Shown here piece after piece: positions 58,677-64,000 of a DNA stretch of 64,000 nucleotides. The DNA is from an uncultured Gemmatimonadales bacterium. GTDB taxonomy: Bacteria > Gemmatimonadota > Gemmatimonadetes > Gemmatimonadales > GWC2-71-9. The position numbers and the translations under genes were made by a program. How positions within the stretch are numbered: position 1 is the first letter of the stretch; each line of letters starts with the position of its first letter. The stretch covers positions 512,001-576,000 of the forward strand of contig CAVSLV010000001.1 in NCBI GenBank assembly GCA_963728915.1. Direction: 5' to 3'. The notes below the pieces were generated by a model, which was not told where the DNA came from, did not search any database, and worked only from the letters and a program-made list of their open reading frames with translations.

Positions 58677-59855
58677 CTAGCGGATCCGTCCCTGCAATGT
58701 ATCCCTGCTCCAGGGCCCGGGCTCCGCGATCAGGCCTCGCGCGGTATCCACCTGCCCCCAGGTGTTCCAGAGCAGTACCCCGCGGACCCGTCCCGCTCGC
58801 AGGTAGTACACCACGCCCTGCCGGAAGGGCTCGACCCAGTCGGCAACGGTTTCGAGCCGGGGGTCCAGCTCCCCGACGGCCTCGTATCCCAGCTCGAAAA
58901 GATCCGAGTAAAAGAAGGGGAGGTGATCGTAGGGGGTGGGTTGCCCGGCCATGTTGAGGCCCGCGGTCCGGCCCATGGTATTGGCGTTATCCTCGTGCTC
59001 GACCCGAAGCCGCACGCCGAGGGCCGGGTTAGGAAAGCTGGCCACGTCGCCGGCGGCATAGATGCCGGCGTGGCTGGTGCGGCAGTACCGATCCACGACG
59101 ATGCCGTTATCGACCGAAAGGCCGGCCTGCTGCGCCAGCTCCACCGAGGGCGTGATCCCGAGTCCCGCGACGACCACCTCGGCTTCGAGGGCCTCTCCCG
59201 TCGAGGTGCGCACGATGGTTTGCCTGCCGCGTCCGGTCACCTGCTCGACGCCGGCGCCGGTCCGCACCGTCACCCCTTTCTCGCGGTAGTAACCCACCAG
59301 GAACTGGGACAGATCGGCAGGGAAGATCCGGGCCCCGAGTCCCTCTTCGGGGAACACCATCGTGACCTCGGCCCCGCTGATCCGGAGTCCCGCCGCGACC
59401 TCGCTCCCGATGAACCCGCCGCCCACGACGATGACCCGTTCCTTCCGCTCGGCGTGCTTGCGGAGGTGCTGGTAGTCGGCCAGAGTGCGATAGTAGATCA
59501 CGTCGCCCTCCGCGCCCGGGAGCTGGCGCGGCACGCCACCGGTGGCGAGGAGGAGCTTCTGGTACTTATGGGATGCACCCGTGTCGTCGACCACGGTGGG
59601 GTCCGCCGGGTCGAGTTTGACCGCCCGACGCCCCAGGTGGAGCTCGGCGCCTTTTGTCTTGGCCGAGCTCCGCCAGATGCTTTCCACCGGATCGCCCTTC
59701 CAGAGCCCCTTGGAAAGGGGTGGGCGATTGTAGGGAGGATCGGGCTCGGCACCGATCACCCCGATGCTCCCTGCGGGATCGGCCTGTCGAATTCCTTCAA
59801 CGGCCGCATCGGCGGTCATTCCTGCGCCGACGATGAGGTATCGGTACTCCGGCAA
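58677..59855 (-). CDS. FAD/NAD(P)H-dependent ferredoxin-reductase-like oxidoreductase
   Basis: IVGAG, PYNRPPLSK, LLATG, GGGFIGSE, YAAGDVA, RVEH, PFFYSD; TTG start with AAGGGAG RBS. Confidence 0.92.
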   Translation of the reverse strand: MPEYRYLIVGAGMTADAAVEGIRQADPAGSIGVIGAEPDPPYNRPPLSKGLWKGDPVESIWRSSAKTKGAELHLGRRAVKLDPADPTVVDDTGASHKYQKLLLATGGVPRQLPGAEGDVIYYRTLADYQHLRKHAERKERVIVVGGGFIGSEVAAGLRISGAEVTMVFPEEGLGARIFPADLSQFLVGYYREKGVTVRTGAGVEQVTGRGRQTIVRTSTGEALEAEVVVAGLGITPSVELAQQAGLSVDNGIVVDRYCRTSHAGIYAAGDVASFPNPALGVRLRVEHEDNANTMGRTAGLNMAGQPTPYDHLPFFYSDLFELGYEAVGELDPRLETVADWVEPFRQGVVYYLRAGRVRGVLLWNTWGQVDTARGLIAEPGPWSRDTLQGRIR

Positions 59856-59857
59856 CG

Positions 59858-60376
59858 CTATTTGGCTCCCTTGGCCGGAACGAAGTTCTTGGGCAGGGGG
59901 GTTCCGGTCGCCTGACTCTGCACTTCGACGATGTCCCCCTTCATCGCGCCGAGCGCGCCCAGAAGCTCGTCCTGCTCCTGCTTCGGCACGTTGAACCCGT
60001 TGAGCGTCGTCACCAGGTCCTCCACCAGCGCGTTGAACTCGCCTTCGGTCACCCCCATGTTCTGATGGGCTTCCTTCATGGAACGGCCGGCATAGGTACA
60101 GGGCCCTCCGGTCTGAGCGCAGATCTGGTCCACCAGCATGGTCTTGACGCGGCCGACGTCGCTCTTGCCGAACTTCTTGTTGATCCGGGCATCCGCGGCG
60201 ACCCGGGCCACGAAGGAATCGACCACCGCGGTGATCGCGGTCTGACCGCCGAGGCGCTCGTACAGGGTCTTCGGCGCCGGTGCGGCGGCCTGGGTGGTGT
60301 CCGCCGCAGGTTGCTCCTTCTTGCCGCACGCCGCGAGTGGGATGACTCCGATGACCAGCCAGGCAAACCTGCTCAT
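59858..60376 (-). CDS. Group 1 truncated (2/2) hemoglobin with lipoprotein signal
   Basis: LAAC lipobox and Ala/Pro linker; LYERLGG, DARINKKF, TGGPCTYAGRSMKEAH (proximal His), EFNALV. Confidence 0.93.
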   Translation of the reverse strand: MSRFAWLVIGVIPLAACGKKEQPAADTTQAAAPAPKTLYERLGGQTAITAVVDSFVARVAADARINKKFGKSDVGRVKTMLVDQICAQTGGPCTYAGRSMKEAHQNMGVTEGEFNALVEDLVTTLNGFNVPKQEQDELLGALGAMKGDIVEVQSQATGTPLPKNFVPAKGAK

Positions 60377-60467
60377 GGGGAACTCCGAGGGAGGAGGGAA
60401 GCGCATACGGTCGGCCCAAACCCCCCGGTTGTCAAGCGCAGCGCCCCCGGGTCACTGATGTTCAGGA

Positions 60468-61352
60468 TCAGGGGTGCTCCGCCTCGGCGTGCTCCCGTTC
60501 TCCCCGGATGAGATACACCCCGCTCGCGATGATGATGGCGGCGCCGGCGAACGTCGCCAGCCCGGGCAGGGTATGCCAGATCGTCCAGTCGAGAATCACC
60601 CCCCACAGGAGCGCGGTGTATTCGAGCGGGGCGATGAAGGAGGCCTGTCCCCGGCGGAACGCTTCGGTAATCCCCCATTGGCCCAGCGAACCGGTGAACG
60701 CCATCGCGATGATGGCGGGCCAGTCTCCCCGCTGAATTGGCCGCCAGTCGGGAAGGGCCAGGATACCGGCGCCGAGGGCGATCATCGCCATGAGCCAGAA
60801 CACCATGCTCTGGCTCGAATCGGTGCGTCCCAGCACTCGCGTGGTGATGGCGGACGCGGCATAGGTCACCGCGGTGGCCAGCACCGCAAGACCGGAGAGG
60901 GTGAGCGCCCCGTGTCCGGTGGGCCGGAGCACCACCAGCATGCCAAGGAGCCCGAGGCCGATGGCGATCCAGCGGGCCCGGCCGATTCGCTCGCCCAGGA
61001 TCATCCCGGCCATGATCGTGATAAAGAGCGGGGCCGCAAAGAAGATGCTGTACGTCTCGGAGAGCGGGAGCGCGCGCAGGCCGTAGGTGAACGTCACCAG
61101 GCTCGAGATCCCGATGATTCCCCGGAACAGATGGAGTCCGGGCCGGATCCGCACCAGCTGTCCCAGCCCGCCTCGGACCGCCGTCCAGAGGAACGCGATG
61201 GGAAGGGCGGAAAGCCCACGGAGGGCCGCCACCTGGAACGCCGAGTAATGGGGCGAGAGCGTCTTGAGGCTCGCGTCCATCATCGCGAAGCCCAGAACCG
61301 CCACGACCATGATGGCCGCGGCCCGGAGATTCTCGGAGCGTGGATGGGTCAA
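60468..61352 (-). CDS. DMT/EamA-family transporter
   Basis: About 10 hydrophobic segments; PLF...ILGE, GMLVVLRP, APLEY. Confidence 0.92.
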   Translation of the reverse strand: MTHPRSENLRAAAIMVVAVLGFAMMDASLKTLSPHYSAFQVAALRGLSALPIAFLWTAVRGGLGQLVRIRPGLHLFRGIIGISSLVTFTYGLRALPLSETYSIFFAAPLFITIMAGMILGERIGRARWIAIGLGLLGMLVVLRPTGHGALTLSGLAVLATAVTYAASAITTRVLGRTDSSQSMVFWLMAMIALGAGILALPDWRPIQRGDWPAIIAMAFTGSLGQWGITEAFRRGQASFIAPLEYTALLWGVILDWTIWHTLPGLATFAGAAIIIASGVYLIRGEREHAEAEHP

Positions 61353-61360
61353 ACGCGACT

Positions 61361-62545
61361 CTAGCGCGGCAGCTCCACCCGCTGGAGATAGCGCAGGTCG
61401 TCTTCGTCGATGCGCGCGAGGTACACCGCGCCGGCGCCGGTCGCGACCAGCGCGGTCTTGGGGGGAAGGCGCCACCGCGCAATCAGCTTCCCCGATCGGT
61501 CGATCACGTCCCACCGCTCCCGCCCCAGCTTCACCGGGACCGAGCGCTTCACCCAGAGATCGCCGTTGGGTGCTGGCAATGCGCCGAGGGTGGCCACCGG
61601 AGGATATTCCGCGGGCCAGGAGGGCGGGGCGGAGACTTCGATGTCGATGGTCACGTTGGGGGGCATCATCTTGCGCACCATCGCCATCTGCTGAGCCGTC
61701 TGCTTCCGGACGGCGTCGAGCTCCGCTTTCTTGTCCTCCTCGGTGACCTTGTAGTGCTCGTAGGGAATCTTCGTGGGCGCCGGCTTTGCCCCGTTGGGCA
61801 GAACGAACTCCACCTGGTAGTTGGCGCCCCGCACCATCGCGATCCTTCCATCCGGCCAGGCCACCCAGGCGTCGGCCGCGATGAGGCCAGGGTACGGCGT
61901 GGTGACCTTGATATGGCCGCCCTGGTTCTGAATATCCTGCTTGCCGGTCGAGGGGGTCCGCACCCGCCCGATGAGGGTGCGCTGCGGGTTAGTGGCCCGG
62001 GGGTCGAACCAGACCAGGTCCATGGAATCGGGGATGATGGCTCCGGTCCCGCTCATCCGGAACTTCATGGCGGTGGAGTAGAGCCGGCCCCGGGTATCGC
62101 TGAACATCAGCCCCTGGATGATCGTGGTGTCCGACTGATCGAACAGCTGAATCGTGAAGGTGGGGCCCGGCTTGAGATCGGGCCCGAACGCGACGATTCT
62201 CGCGGCCGCGCCCTGGCCATCGAGGATCCAGGTGGTGTCACCCGCCACGCGGTAGAGCCCTGCCGGGAGGGTGTACTCGCCCGGGCCGGCGCCCTTTCGC
62301 CCCAGCGGCGCCTTCGAGCCCGCCGGGAAGGTCACCAGGAATACCTGCCCCTCTTCCCCATCGCTGACCAGGACCTGCGACGGACGAATCTCCCGCGCGG
62401 CGAGAATCAGCGAGAACGGATCGTCGATCTCTTTCGTCGCCGCGGGGAAGTCGCGAATCGGCAGGTCCTGGGCGGCGAGCCCGATTCCGTGGAGCGCCAG
62501 GAGGCCAACAAGGGGGAGGGCGGTTGTCCTGGTCGGTTTCATCAC
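61361..62545 (-). CDS. Secreted 6-bladed beta-propeller-like protein
   Basis: Signal peptide; LGRKGAGPGEY, GDTTWILD, GDLWV, WDVIDRSGKL, DEDDLRYLQR. Confidence 0.8.
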   Translation of the reverse strand: MMKPTRTTALPLVGLLALHGIGLAAQDLPIRDFPAATKEIDDPFSLILAAREIRPSQVLVSDGEEGQVFLVTFPAGSKAPLGRKGAGPGEYTLPAGLYRVAGDTTWILDGQGAAARIVAFGPDLKPGPTFTIQLFDQSDTTIIQGLMFSDTRGRLYSTAMKFRMSGTGAIIPDSMDLVWFDPRATNPQRTLIGRVRTPSTGKQDIQNQGGHIKVTTPYPGLIAADAWVAWPDGRIAMVRGANYQVEFVLPNGAKPAPTKIPYEHYKVTEEDKKAELDAVRKQTAQQMAMVRKMMPPNVTIDIEVSAPPSWPAEYPPVATLGALPAPNGDLWVKRSVPVKLGRERWDVIDRSGKLIARWRLPPKTALVATGAGAVYLARIDEDDLRYLQRVELPR

Positions 62546-62632
62546 GCGGGACCCGGGGAAAGGTGTCGCGAAAGCTAATAGGCGAGAGGGCCCGGTTATC
62601 TTGCCGGACCCCTTGCGTTTGAAGCCTTCGGA

Positions 62633-64000
62633 ATGACCACGTCGTCGGGCGCCCTGCCGAGCTCACTCTGGCAGGAGCTCAAGAAAGCCATTCGCGGATC
62701 GGAATCCGACTACACCCAGATCGCCATGGGTCGGGCGGTGTTCCTGCTCGCGGTGCCCATGATCCTCGAGCTGGTGATGGAGTCCACTTTCGCGGTGGTG
62801 GACATCTATTTCGTCGGGGGCCTGGGTCCGTCCGCGGTGGCCACGGTGGGGCTCACCGAAACCTACCTGTTCCTGCTCTACTCGATCGGCATGGGGCTCG
62901 CGATGGGCGTGACCGCCATCGTCGCCCGGCGCATCGGAGAGAAGAACCGGGACGAAGCCGCGAGAACGGCGGTCCAGGCGATCATCATCGCCCTGGTCAT
63001 CGCGGTGCCGTTCGCCCTGGCCGGGATTTTCTTCGCCCGCGACCTGCTCGGTCTCATGGGCGCCGACTCCTGGGCCCTGACCCGGGGCTTCCGCTACACC
63101 CAGTGGATGCTCGGCGGCAACGCGGTGATCATGCTCCTCTTCATCATCAACGCGATCTTCCGCGGCGCCGGGGACCCTTCGCTCGCCATGTGGGTGCTCT
63201 GGATCGCGAACGCCTTCAACATGGTGCTCGACCCCGTGCTGATTCGCGGGCTGGGTCCGTTCCCGGCGCTGGGGATCCAGGGCGCCGCGATCGCCACCAA
63301 CATCGGGCGCGGCGTCGGGGTGCTCACCCAGGTGTTTCTGCTGTTCCGGGGTGGGAAGCACATCCGCATCCTCAAGGAGCATCTCGCGGTGCACTGGCAA
63401 ACCCTGACCCATCTGGTGCGGACGTCCCTGGGCGGCGTGGGCCAGATGATCGTGGGGATGACCTCGTGGATTTTCGTGATTCGCATTCTCGCCGGATTCG
63501 GCAGCCAGGCGGTGGCCGGGGCGACGATCGCGCTCCGGATCATGATGTTCACGATGATGCCGGCCTGGGGAATGTCCAACGCCGTGGCGACGCTGGTCGG
63601 TCAGAACCTCGGTGCGGGCAAACCCGATCGGGCCGAGCGGTCAGTCTGGCTCACCGGGACCTGGATCATGGGCTTCCTGGTCGCGGTCGCGGTCTTCTAT
63701 TTCCTGTTCAGCCGATCGCTGGTCGGGTTGTTCAGCGACGACGCCGGAGTCATTGCGGTCGGGTCGCGCTGGCTGACCATCGTCTCGTACTCGTATTTCG
63801 TCTACGCGTGGTGGATGGTCTCGGTGCAGGCGTTCAACGGAGCGGGGGATACCATGACCCCGACCCGGATCAACATCGTGTTCTTCTGGCTGTTTCAGAT
63901 TCCGCTGGCCTGGCTGCTGGCCAAGCGAACCGACCTCGGGTACGCGGGCGTGTTCTGGGCGGTCTTCGTGTCCGAGACCTCGGTGGGACTTTTCACCCTC
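62633..64000 (+). CDS. MATE-family efflux transporter (runs off the window end)
   Basis: My translation from ATG 62633: LAVPMILELVMESTFAVVDIYFV, IFRGAGD, NMVLDP, GAAIAT, VGQNLGAG; absent from the ORF track because no stop lies in the window. Confidence 0.93.
   Translation, partial: MTTSSGALPSSLWQELKKAIRGSESDYTQIAMGRAVFLLAVPMILELVMESTFAVVDIYFVGGLGPSAVATVGLTETYLFLLYSIGMGLAMGVTAIVARRIGEKNRDEAARTAVQAIIIALVIAVPFALAGIFFARDLLGLMGADSWALTRGFRYTQWMLGGNAVIMLLFIINAIFRGAGDPSLAMWVLWIANAFNMVLDPVLIRGLGPFPALGIQGAAIATNIGRGVGVLTQVFLLFRGGKHIRILKEHLAVHWQTLTHLVRTSLGGVGQMIVGMTSWIFVIRILAGFGSQAVAGATIALRIMMFTMMPAWGMSNAVATLVGQNLGAGKPDRAERSVWLTGTWIMGFLVAVAVFYFLFSRSLVGLFSDDAGVIAVGSRWLTIVSYSYFVYAWWMVSVQAFNGAGDTMTPTRINIVFFWLFQIPLAWLLAKRTDLGYAGVFWAVFVSETSVGLFTL

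Noticed and set aside
8287..59915. Long antisense or alternate-frame ORFs (e.g. 8287..9918, 10987..13227, 13473..15374, 17198..19495, 28076..30274, 38271..40310, 41661..43313, 51374..53242, 57954..59915)
   Set aside because: Shadows of well-supported genes in high-GC DNA, with no recognisable motifs
58677..60419. 580-aa ORF as a globin-reductase (flavohemoglobin-like) fusion
   Set aside because: The globin is in another frame with its own stop, and the reductase has its own RBS and TTG at 59855
1..64000. CRISPR arrays, tRNA/rRNA genes, IS elements, prophage or defence genes
   Set aside because: No spaced direct repeats, cloverleafs, transposase, integrase or nuclease motifs seen; the repeats found are protein-domain repeats. 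This was a by-eye scan only

Overview
This is a GC-rich, gene-dense bacterial window. It is most consistent with Gemmatimonadota (inference), based on the characteristic 'RYRxERELGxGGMATVYLAxDLKH' Ser/Thr kinases, an orphan ADOP permease, Ig-like surface proteins and a secreted beta-propeller. About 50 CDSs are supported. Main loci: two Ser/Thr receptor kinases; a flippase-like/GT2 fusion; a cold-shock gene; M28, S9, M16 and proline-iminopeptidase peptidases; a PAS hybrid histidine kinase; a CruF-like/Lgt/Ig-protein trio; a MarR-EmrB-TolC-EmrA efflux operon; a CDP-sugar C-methylation cluster facing a GNAT plus carrier-protein pair; a DUF305/LVIVD pair; a GGDEF-EAL protein; an MMPL transporter; a lipoprotein truncated globin next to a flavin reductase; and a 3'-truncated MATE. 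I saw no rRNA, tRNA, CRISPR array or mobile element. About nine single-base frameshifts break otherwise intact genes and are most likely assembly errors. Best novelty candidates: (1) an unrecognised ~85-aa 'GDW...YFLPPRD' domain, present four times in two exported proteins, with ECF-like promoters and an SD-occluding hairpin; (2) a lipid-anchored truncated globin with an atypical distal pocket beside a flavin reductase; (3) a branched-sugar pathway coupled to carrier-protein/GNAT acylation; (4) the CruF-Lgt-surface protein operon. All family names come from motif recognition by eye; no searches were run.
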